Positions 24,150-34,384 of a stretch of DNA of 47,420 nt are shown piece after piece (the stretch's first letter is position 1; each line of letters starts with the position of its first letter). Source of the stretch: Piedraia hortae CBS 480.64 (taxonomy: Eukaryota); contig MU005973.1 in the NCBI GenBank assembly GCA_010093745.1, positions 248,001 through 295,420 on the forward strand, given 5' to 3'. Below the pieces are notes generated by a model that was not told where the DNA came from, ran no database searches, and saw only the letters and a program-made list of their open reading frames with translations. The position numbers and the translations under genes were made by a program.

Positions 24150-24799
24150 CTAGTGGTGTTTCTTCGTCACATCACATCCGTCGGACCCCTTCCCCTCACG
24201 ATGAATAGTACCACGATACACAGCATTAAGGCCTTCCTTAGACTCTTTCTTGTAGGTAAAAACCGCACGAACGGATCCTGCGCGATCTTCGCCCTTGGCA
24301 TTATTCCCAAAGACCTTGCCTGCGAGCACGGGAAACTAGAATCGGTGCTCGTGGGCATCGCACGCCTTGTCCCCATTCACCCATTCGAACTTGCCATGGT
24401 TGACGTACTTATGCGGGTGTTCCTTGTGCTCGCCTTTATCATAATTAGAACTATAGGCAAGAGGGGTTGGGAGTTATTCAGATGGGTATGTTTTTTTGTA
24501 GGAAGACTTACCATGCCGTTCTATATCGGTGTTCTTGCGGTGTTCGTGCTTAGATCCGAGCTGAGTGCCCCAGATGATCGAGTTGAATATGTCCTTTCGG
24601 GTCACGTTTGTGCGACCGCATTTCACCCCCTTGTCACAGGCGGCGAAGTTCGAGATTTCCACGCCTTTGAGCTCGGCAGCTCGCTCGAAAAAGCCGTTCG
24701 CCGAGGTAATATCTTCGCTCACCTGAGTAGACTTCACTGGTGTGGCTGCTGCGAGGGAGATAAAGAGGAGAGAGGGAGGAGAGTCTTGATTGCGTACAT
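24150..24799 (-). pseudogene. Secreted RNase T1/N1-superfamily (ribotoxin-like) pseudogene; intron 24511-24434
   Basis: Signal-like N-terminus (MYAIKTLL/SLLFISLAAA) with a 1-nt frameshift; VKCG, HPHKYVN, RF*FPVL (TAG 24338-24336), GSVRAVF, YRGTIH, terminal GCD. Confidence 0.72.
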
Positions 24800-25510
24800 A
24801 ATTGCGTTGTTGGATAGACTTTTGCTGGAATTGATTGTGTTGATAGATTGATGGAGAATGTGAGGACAAGGACAAACCTCTTTATACTTTGTTCACCTCC
24901 ACCATGTTGGTTTCTGCACTGGCCCATCCTCGACAGCTGTGTAATCGTGCTGCTTTGTGCATTGTGCACATTTAGTTGGTGATTTGAAGTTTACACAGGT
25001 CTGTTCGAAATGCTAACCGTGAGAGGTGTTCGGGTAACGTTGGTTGTCGTGTGTGTGCCACCCAACCATAGCGTCGGGAAGCTAAGTCTCACAGCCAGAG
25101 TCTTGTCCAAAGCTTCCAAATGACGATATGCTGCTCTGTCGTTGGTCGCCCCATTTGCAACACGTCTCATATTGCATGTAGATCCATACTTTTGTATATC
25201 AGCCCATCATCGGTGCTCACGAGGTTAGGGCTAGGCAGTCTGCAGCCTGGACACCCTGCTTAGGTGATCAGTAAATTCACGAAACCTCTTAAGTCTCATG
25301 AATTCACACAAGCCTTAACACCTGAGTGCAGCCGTACCCTACTCTGAGTACTCACAATGTTCCACGCGCGCGTTTGTTTGTTTGTTTTTCATTTTACGTC
25401 TATGGATGGGTCATAACTCCTAATGAGCTTATGCCCGGACCCTAATGGGCGTTAGACGGCGCAGGGTTTCACCACGCGCAAAAAATCCACGGGGGCGCAT
25501 TATGTGCCAT

Positions 25511-27680
25511 GGGAACTTCACCTACATAAGCACATCCACTAGCGTTCATTCCCTTTAAACTAGTCCGAACAAGCCTCACGTGAGCTGATTGACCCTCCGC
25601 TGAGGGGCGCTAATCGATGTGCAAATTCCATCCTTCCTCATCTGTTCCAAGGCGCTGTGAAAATTTTCCATTGGCCAATCAGAATGAAGTCACATCAACA
25701 TGTCAGCCCGTGCTCTGCTCCCACTATCCCACAAGGATCCACGCAGGAAATGATCCACACAGAACTTTACCCACATAAACACAAATCCTAGCGTACGTTC
25801 TCTTCCAACTAACCTGAAACGAGCTTTACTCGTGCTGGTTGGCCAACGATTGACAGATGCTAGTGGGTGTGCGAATCTGCTCCTACCGCATTTATTTTAA
25901 GTTTGGGGTTTTTCTGGCATCTGTGGAGTCTCACTCGAGCTGACCACCTACCGACGGACGTTAGTGGATGCGTAAGTTTGCTCCTTCCACGCCTGTTAAA
26001 AGTTGCATCGTGGGGTCTTCTGGCTAGCCCAAGACGAGCCTTATTCGAGCTGTTTGGCTGATCAATGATGGACGCTAGTATAGTTGCAAATCTGCTCCTT
26101 CCTCACCTTTCAAGCCGTTGGTTAGGTTTCTGCTGTGTCAGGGAACTTCACCCAGAAAGGTATATTTCGACCAAACCGAAGAGAGCCGTGCTCGAGCCTC
26201 TGACCAACTACCGACGGACGCTAATGGATGTGCAAACATGCTCCTTCCACATCTGTTCAGGGTGTTCCCGTGGAGTTTTCTGGTCAATCCGAAGAGAGCT
26301 CTGCTCGAGCTGATTGACCAACCACTGATGGTGTTGGATGGCTTCAGTACGAACGTACAGAATGGAATCACAGAAGTGGGTTGTAGCAGCTTATGGGCCT
26401 CCTCTACGTACACTGGTGTCAGATGGGGAGGGAAGAACTCGAACCCAAGTAGAGAGCAAAGTGAATATCTCTAGACGAATGAATGTTCTGGGAGGAAACC
26501 CTCCTGGCTAAATACATGAGATGACCTTGTCCTCAAATCCTTCCATGTCATCTTCTCCTTTACTCGGAGACGGATCCGGTCTCAACAACCCTTCCGCAAG
26601 CGGCAGACTTTGACAAATGGAGTTAGGGGCATGTCCCACGCATTACGTCACATTCCATTCGATGCCTGACAGATGGACATTAGTTTATGTGCAAATCAGC
26701 TCCTTCCTCATCTGTTCCAATGCACTGTTTGGTTTTCAGGTGGGCCAGAGAACTTCACCTATGAACGCGGATCCACCAGCTTCCGTTCACTTTCAACCAA
26801 CCAAGAAGAGTCTCACTCGAACTGATTAGTGTGCTACCGATGGAAGCTAACATATGTGCAAATCTGCTCCTGCCACAACTGTTCAAAGTTTAACCAGCGT
26901 GTTTTATGGCCAATATGACACGAACTTCATTCGAGCTGATTGGCTGGCCACAGACGAACACTACGCGATGTGCAAATTTGCCTTTGTCACATCTCTTTAA
27001 AGTCGTACCGTGGCCAAGCGGAATGGATTCACATGAGCACACCAATGCCTGGGCATGCAATCCGCGCACGCACATGATGAGCTAGGAACTTCACGTACAA
27101 AAGCACATCAACTGGCGTCCATCACTTTCCACCAACCCTAGAGGAGCCCAGCTCCACATGCTTGGCAGGCCATTGACGGACGCCAGTGGACGTGCAGATA
27201 TGCTCTTGCCACATCTGATCCGAGGCGCTGAAAGGTTTTTTTTTAAAATAAGAGGAAAAAAAACATTCGTACACTTTCAACCAGCCCAACACGAGTCTCA
27301 TCTGAGCTAACTGGCCAGCTACCATGGGAAGCCAGTGGATGTGAAAATGTGCTCCTCCCTCTTCTGTTCAAGTTGTCTGGTGAGGTTTTTTGCCCGATTC
27401 GAAGAGACTCTTGCTCGAGCTGCTTGGACAGCTACTGACGGACACCAGTGGACGTGCCAATCGCTCCTGCCTCCATTGTTTAGAGTTGTACCGTAAGTTT
27501 CCTGGCCATCCCGAGACTATCTTCATTTGCTGCTTGGCCGAACCACTGATGGACGTTAGTATGTGCAGACCTGCTCCTTCCTCATGTTTAAATCCGAATC
27601 GAGAAGAACTCACTCGAGCTAATTGGCCAGCTACCGACTGCCCTAACAGAAGTGCAAATCGCTCCTTCATCCTGTCCCCA
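25511..27680. repeat. Degenerate tandem array of ~13 units, basic period ~110 bp, with longer variants
   Basis: Core GAGnCTnnCTCGAGCTGATTGGCCA..GAYGGACGCTAGTGGATGTGCAAATCTGCTCCTTCCnCATCTGTT at ~25572, 25821, 25926, 26036, 26183, 26296, 26808, 26922, 27144, 27293, 27404, 27515, 27606. Confidence 0.88.
26332..26671. mobile_element. Solo LTR (340 bp) inserted into one array unit
   Basis: Starts TGTTGG, ends CCTGACA; flanked by perfect GATGG direct repeats (26327-26331, 26672-26676); removing it restores the unit. Confidence 0.82.
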
Positions 27681-28578
27681 GGCCCTGCCACATGCAGATG
27701 AAACTCAAATCGTCCTCAGAAAGCCATTGTCAAACCAATAAGTTAGCAACTATACACCCGATCGCCTTAAACGCAGACTCATCATCCCTTCATTTGGAAA
27801 CATTATCGTTAGAAACTCCTACTCCCAGCATCTATTCCTCATCAATTCTCCTCCAACGAACCCAACCCCTCCCCCTCCCCACCCATCGCTCTCCCAAGCT
27901 TCGCAATCATCTCATCAGATTTCTCACCCTGATCATTTCCCGATTCTGAAGGATGTAACCTCCCAAAAAGCCACATCTCTTGCATCTGTCGGATCATCTT
28001 TTGCGTGTCTTCGCCTGTTTTGATCTATTGAATGTCAGTCAGGTTTGATACTTTCCAGGATCTTGTTGATTCTGCCCAATGTCTTTCTGATTCCGCCCAA
28101 TGGTTCCCCTTCACCAGTATAGCGGGGCGTTATCCCAGCTTCCTTCCCCAAGGGCGTTATCTTCCCTGCTGTGGTATCCATCCGCTTTCCCACAGGATCC
28201 CACACACCATGACCCCCTTCCGCTTCCCACCCACCCACCCACTCATCCAGATCAGTGTAAAGGAAATCTTACCAGACCCCCCAACTCAACCACATTCTGA
28301 AACTGCACAATCGCGGAATGATTCCTCTTCTCCTGGTCCGTAATCTGCGCGAGCTGAACAAGCGCCAGGAAACGCTGCTGAAACGAATCGCGGAGGTCTT
28401 CAATTTTACCTTTCACAATCAGTAATCATCGGTGGTAAGGACGGGGTAGTATACGAATAACAGATACAGTGTCCTTCATTGACTGGTCCATTGTCTTTAG
28501 CAGGAAGAGAACAGCTGCATATTTGGGATTGATTTGAGTCACATGTCGTCACAGACTAGCGTCATATTTACGTTACGA

Positions 28579-30247
28579 TTACTCATCAAGATGTAAAGCT
28601 TGGATGGCAACGCGGACTTCTTCATTGGCTACTTCCTGCCATTTTGAGCGCTCGGTTTCACTGGCCAGACTGGATGCACTGCCAATTCTGTCGTACAGTT
28701 TTCGACAGACTTCGCGGTTGATTTCGGTGAATTGGTCTTTGGTGATTTCTTTTTCTTGATAGCGGGGTCGTAGGGATTTTTTGACCATTCGTTGGACTTC
28801 TTCTTTCGAGGAGAAGGAGAGGGTGTGAGTGGGTGGACAGGGTGAGGGAGATATATCGCGGCCGCGTTGACGTCGTCCATGGTCGCTGATGCAGGCGGAA
28901 AAGGGCGAGGAGCTCATGGGCGACAGGGGTAGGACGGAAGAAGAGAGCGGTGGTGGCGAAGGTGATAGCATCCTTGGAGTTGACTGACCAGAGGATGATG
29001 GCGATCGCGTGGGCGAGTAGTCCCTGGAAGCGGGTTGCTCTCTGGGAATGTGAAGCATAGGAGGCTGTTTCTCCACGTCTTTCAAGAGAGATGTGAGGAA
29101 TGTTGAGTTCTCGCAGGGAAGAGTCATGTTTGAAGGCCCAGGCTCTGATGCCTCAGCCGCGACGGGAATTCGACGGGCTCTGGCGCGCTTAAGAGGAGGT
29201 CGCGGGCGCTGTTCTTCCCTCGGCGACTCTGGAGGTGATGTCGCCTTTCGTTTGCGTTGATTGGTGGCATGACTTTCCAGCGATGTCCTGGCCTTATCAA
29301 AGTCGCTCCACGCACGTAATTCTTCGGTACAATCGGACGCTGGTTGGGGTTGGAGACGAGCGGCTGCCATGTTCCGCAGTCGCTCTGCAGTCGCTGGATG
29401 AGTCCGCGCGATAAGAAGCCGCCGTCGCCAGCGTTCAAGCTCGAGAAGCTGCTGTGCGCTTGGGTTTCTGTCTAGGTCAAAACCCAGATCAATGTCTCGG
29501 AATCGAGACACCTCCTGCCAGATGTGCGTCCAGGTGGCGTAGCCATTGCTCCTGGCATATCTCCTAATCTGAGCGTGCACACCGCTTTGCGAGCAGTCGT
29601 TGCAGGTCCAGGATGCTGGCATCTCATCAAAACCCGTGCAAAACACGTGAGCGAGCGAGTTACAGTTGTCGCAATAAGTGTGCTCGATCGATTCATCGGA
29701 GACGCCACAAATGACGCATTGCTCCCAATGCTCTATGGCATAGAGCTCGTCCTCGATTACGTTTGGCAGCATTGACGCATCGACCTCTGCTTCCTGCTTC
29801 TTGTCTTCCACCGTGTACGACGACAGAACTTTGCCGCCGACGACATGGCTCAGCTCGACCTTATTGAACTTGGAGCGGCAAATAGGGCAGCTGTTCGCTC
29901 GCTCGACCCAAGGTGCGAGGCAGGCATCGTGAAAGTTGTGCTTACAGGGTAGCACATGGGCGATGACACCATCACAATCTACACTGTGCAAAGTTAGCAT
30001 AAGTCTCCCATAGACGCATACTGAAGGCCCCAATACAACACAGGGATAACCTCACCTTCCAAGCTCATTCGGCGAATATCTTAACGATTTTCGAGCCAAC
30101 CACGAGTGGAAGACGGTGCGGGGCGGGCGGGGCCTCCAGTATGGCATTATGTGGGTACCTTTGGATGGATTCTATGACAACCGGCGGCGCATCTGAAGAC
30201 TCGGACCCGCGCAGATCATTCAAACACACAATACACTGCTCAGCCAT
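28579..30247 (-). CDS. RING-PHD finger protein with SRI-like C-terminal domain (Asr1/PHRF1-like); intron 30158-29984
   Basis: MAEQCIVCL..LPCKHNFHDACLAPWVERANSCPICR (RING-H2); CVICG..CDNC..H..C..WTCNDC (PHD); KEEVQRMVKKSLRPRY..ITKDQFTEINR. Confidence 0.85.
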
Positions 30248-30553
30248 GGCGCAGTCAAATGGTAGAGGAAAAGAAGACTGGGTCGGAGCAGGCGCTCTAT
30301 AAGTGAGGTCTGGTGGGTCCGTGCGCGCTAGTGTACAGGTGTAAGTGGATGTCACATGAGGCCGCACGTGGCTTTGATTGAAGCCCTTCCAAAGTCGTGG
30401 CTTTGGAAAGGGCTTCAATTGGCGCCGTCTGATAGCGAGCGCCTTGTCAGCCGTCGCGGTAGCGTAGTATTCTTTAAGTTGGACTAAAGCGTAAAGCTCG
30501 ACTGAGAAAATCGTTCATGGAGACGCTTCTTACAAACGCAGACGACTACCCGC

Positions 30554-30925
30554 TCATATCTCTTTCGTTTCTCTCAGACGTCGGATTGTGGAACGCGCTG
30601 TGGCTGCAGCAGGAGTCGAAAGGGAATAAGCACCACCGGCCATCTTTTCAGTCAGCACAAGTCTTTGTAACATCTCATCAACCCTACCGTCTTCTTGCAA
30701 CTCTTGCAGTTCCAGATGCCGACCGAGTGCCTCTTCACGGTGGTCTTTCCGCAGAACGTGCAGGTGTACTTGGCGTGCTGGCTGATTTCGATCTTCTTGA
30801 CCTGTTTGCGGAGCGAAGCACCGTAACGCGTGCCGTATTTGCCTTTGCATGTTCAGTTCTCGGCGTCCTCAGTGAGCTCAGAGTGCCATACCGGTAATTC
30901 CGACCTTCTTGGTGCGCTTCGTCAT
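30554..30925 (-). CDS. RPL43: 60S ribosomal protein L43 (eL43); introns 30891-30843 and 30687-30644
   Basis: [51 protein letters not shown]. Confidence 0.96.
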
Positions 30926-31142
30926 TTTGGCAAGTGTTGCAGCGAGTGGTGTTCGAGGTGTGCGGGCGCGGCGCTGGTGCAAAAGGGTTGCGGAACACGC
31001 CCGCAGTGGGCTTGGCAACGATTCGTGCCTTGATGCCTGGCGCCTGGAATCATTGTGCCTTGGTGCCTGGCGCGTGCAACCGAGGCCCCGCATCAAACGA
31101 TATGTGAGCAAGTGCCAAGCGACTTTGACAGCCGAATCAAAC

Positions 31143-32426
31143 ATGGCACAATCTCATCGCGAGTACGAATGCATCGTCTTTGGAGCGACAGGCTATACTG
31201 GCAAGTATACTTGTGAGCACATCACAACTTCACTGCCCACCGATTTCAAATGGGCTGTAGCCGGACGATCGGCGACCAAACTGGAAAATGTTGTCGCTGA
31301 AATGCGACAGCTCAATCCAAACCGACCGAATCCTGCAATTGAAGTTTGCCAATTGAAAAAAGATGAGCTTGTTCGTCTGGCGATGAAAACAAAGGTTCTA
31401 ATCTCCACCGTGGGTCCTTATCACCTGTACGGGACAGCGGTACTCGAAGCCTGTGCCGAAACGGGCACTCACTACCTCGATGTGACGGGGGAGACGCCTT
31501 GGGTCTATGAAATGATCCAAAAGTATCATGCCAAAGCTCAAAGCACTGGTGCAATCATCATTCCCGAGAATGGCGTTGAAAGTGCTCCGACAGATCTCCT
31601 TTGCTGGAGTGTCGTGACATATATCCGCCAGAATCTTGGTGTAGGCACGAAGGAGATTGTGCAGTGCACATATGATCTAAAGGCCACTCCTAGCGGCGGT
31701 ACAATGATTACCCTCTTGACCCTGTTTGATTCGTATAGCTTGGCCCAGCTTGCCAAGTCCATGAACCCTTGGTCACTGTGCCCTGTCCAGCCCTCCACTG
31801 GCCACTATCCAAAGCCTTTGAAGGAGAAGATTACGGGTGTACGCGAGGTTGCTGACCTGGGCATGTTGACTGACAGCATCCAAGGGCCATCTGACATTCC
31901 AATTGTGCACCGCAGTTGGGGCTTGTACGGAGGAGGGAAACTTTACGGCCCGCAGTTTCACGTAACCGCATATCAGAAAACGCGCAATATGCTTCAGGGC
32001 ATTGCCATTCACCTTGCCATGACATTTGGTTTTCTTGCCCTCATGCTTCCACCAGTAAGGTGCCTGCTCAAAAAATTTGTCTACGAGCCTGGCCAGGGTC
32101 CTACAAAGGAGTGAGTTCATGCCTAAGTTGTTCTACCTCGACTAACGTTTTCCAGACAAGCCAAGCATGAATATGCCGAATGGCGCTGCATTGGCTACCC
32201 CGATGAAATTGGCTCGCCGCGAGTTTGGGGACGAATGCGATTCGATGGCAGCATGTACAAGCTCACAGGAATTACTTCTGCTGAGGCTGCTTTACTGATT
32301 GCTCGTGGCAAGACGTTTGCTCATGAGCTCGGTGGTGGTGTTTTGACCCCAGCCACGTTAGGAGCCACTTATCTCGAACAGCTGCAAAAGGCTGGGATAA
32401 AGGTGGAAGTAAGGGCTTTGCCGTGA
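31143..32426 (+). CDS. Saccharopine-dehydrogenase-like oxidoreductase (SCCPDH family); intron 32111-32155
   Basis: VFGATGYTG, WAVAGRS, VGPYHLYG, THYLDVTGE, PSGGT, PGQGP, GGVLTPATLG. Confidence 0.88.
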
Positions 32427-32716
32427 CTTGACACGACTTGAGGCTTGTACAGGATGCAAGCAAAAACTGTAGATATACTGTCATGAGAGTACTTTCAACT
32501 GTCACAAGGTCGAAACTCACTACTGATTTGCGAGAATACTCGCTCCAAAGCTAAGTCCCGCCGTTGACGTCAGCTTTCGGTGAAGACTGCATGATGTCAC
32601 TGCATGTCACATTTCGGAAATTATGCAGAGAAGCGGGGTAGTGACAGGGGCTACCAAATTCTGGAACATTCCACTCTACAACCACATCCACCTCAACCTC
32701 AACCTCAATTAGCAAA

Positions 32717-33043
32717 ATGTCCCGCCACCACCCCGATTTAGTCATGTGTCGCAAGACAAGCGGAACATCAATCGGTCGCCTCTGCGACAAATGCGACGGC
32801 AAGTGTCCCGTTTGCGATTCATACGTTCATCCAACAACAATCGTACGTATCTGCGACGAATGTAGCTTTGGCAATTATCAAAACAAGTGTGTCGTCTGCG
32901 GCGGCGACGGAATCAGTGATGCTTACTACTGCTTTGAATGCACACGCCTAGAAAAAGACCGAGATGGCTGTCCCAAGATTATCAACCTAGGCAGTTCGAG
33001 AACCGATCTGTTCTATCAAAAGAAGAGTTTCCGGAATCGCTAA
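32717..33043 (+). CDS. RDS3: SF3b subunit Rds3/PHF5A/Ini1
   Basis: [43 protein letters not shown]. Confidence 0.97.
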   Translation: MSRHHPDLVMCRKTSGTSIGRLCDKCDGKCPVCDSYVHPTTIVRICDECSFGNYQNKCVVCGGDGISDAYYCFECTRLEKDRDGCPKIINLGSSRTDLFYQKKSFRNR

Positions 33044-33096
33044 AACCATCAAACAACGAAAGTGCTATAGCAGATTCCTAGGTCTTAAATACACGC

Positions 33097-34221
33097 CTAA
33101 ACCACAGCCTGCGGGTTCCTCAATCTCCTCTTCGCCGTTCCAATTCCACTAATCCCCTCTTCCTGTTCCTCCCCCAACCACGGCTTCTTCGCCTCCCCCA
33201 AGACCCCCTCGGTCCCATAATACACGAAATGCCCCACAATAATCAATACAAACGCCACTGGATACAAATAATGCACCCTGAGATGAAAAACCTTCAAACC
33301 CACAATCACCCCCCAAAAATTCCCCGTCAAAAGCCCAATATTAAAAAACGCCGCCGACGCCATCCTAAACACCAACGGCGCGCCCGTATAAAACACCACC
33401 AACAGCACCGTAAACCCCACCAAATACCCCACCTCATCCCCCGTCCACTTGATCCTCTCCAAATGTTCCCTATCAAACACCGAAGCCTGCACACCCATAA
33501 TCACCATCCCCCAGAACCCCAACTGCCCCACAACCTCATACACCGGCTTCTTACTCAACAAAAACTCCTCAAACACATTCGCGAGGCCATAACACGTCGC
33601 TCCCACAAGACAGAACAAATCCCCCTTAACAGCATCCTTCGCCTTCCCTCCATTTGAATGCGTCATGTGATCCGATGCAACGAGGATCCCTAAACCCCCG
33701 CACGCGAGCAGGATGCCTGCATACTGTGCGATATGATATCTCACCTTCAAAACCCCCAACGAAATTATCATAACAACAGCAATTGCCCAGAAGTTGAGTA
33801 GCTGTGCAGAGAGGATCGTAGTATTCCTGTATGCGAGGACGGTGAAGAAATTCCCCTCAGAATCGAAGATGGCGAGGAGGAGGTATTTCCATCCGTCGGT
33901 TTTGAGGATGCGGAGGTAACCAAGGGGGGTTACTTTGCAAATTGTGATGGTGCCGTAGATGAGGAAGAGAGCTATGTAGACGAATAGGCTTTGGAAGGCG
34001 GGGATGGAAACGTTTTGGTTGGCGAGGAGGGTGGTCAATGTGTTTGTCCCGGTTTGAGTTATTGCGAGCGCTTGGGATAGGGCCAATACGATCCAGAATT
34101 GAGGGTGGCGGACGTATTCGAGGAAGCGGTTTTTCTGAGCGGGGAGATTGGGTGAAGAGGGTGAGGTGGATGGTTGGGGGAAGGGGAGGGATGCTTCGCT
34201 GAGGGGGACGTTGGTGGACAT
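33097..34221 (-). CDS. SLC35F (DUF914) membrane transporter
   Basis: SIPAFQS, GWKY..D.EGNFFTVLAY..T.ILSAQLLNFWAI, KGDLF..GAT.YG..NV.EE, SAAFFNI.LLT.NFWG, KPWLG. Start placed at MSTNVP. Confidence 0.88.
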   Translation of the reverse strand: MSTNVPLSEASLPFPQPSTSPSSPNLPAQKNRFLEYVRHPQFWIVLALSQALAITQTGTNTLTTLLANQNVSIPAFQSLFVYIALFLIYGTITICKVTPLGYLRILKTDGWKYLLLAIFDSEGNFFTVLAYRNTTILSAQLLNFWAIAVVMIISLGVLKVRYHIAQYAGILLACGGLGILVASDHMTHSNGGKAKDAVKGDLFCLVGATCYGLANVFEEFLLSKKPVYEVVGQLGFWGMVIMGVQASVFDREHLERIKWTGDEVGYLVGFTVLLVVFYTGAPLVFRMASAAFFNIGLLTGNFWGVIVGLKVFHLRVHYLYPVAFVLIIVGHFVYYGTEGVLGEAKKPWLGEEQEEGISGIGTAKRRLRNPQAVV

Positions 34222-34384
34222 GATAGGCGAGTCTTTATGATTGACAACGAGCGCAAAGACTCTGAAGTCGCTCGTTTGGCTATTGCAGGTTGGTGTGTGG
34301 TGGATGGATGAATATTCCCCGCACGTAAAAGATTTTGGTTGGGATGCCCAAGCCACCCTCGTCACACGAATTTATTTTTTTGAG

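Noticed and set aside
24153..24851. 232-aa hydrophobic plus-strand ORF
   Set aside because: Antisense shadow of the RNase pseudogene, which has the splice signals and motifs.
25511..27680. CRISPR-like repeat-spacer array
   Set aside because: Eukaryotic context, long degenerate repeats, linkers homologous to one another, no cas genes.
27700..28400. Possible decayed minus-strand gene leading into the repeat array
   Set aside because: Purine-rich with short ORFs but no recognisable motif; not supportable.
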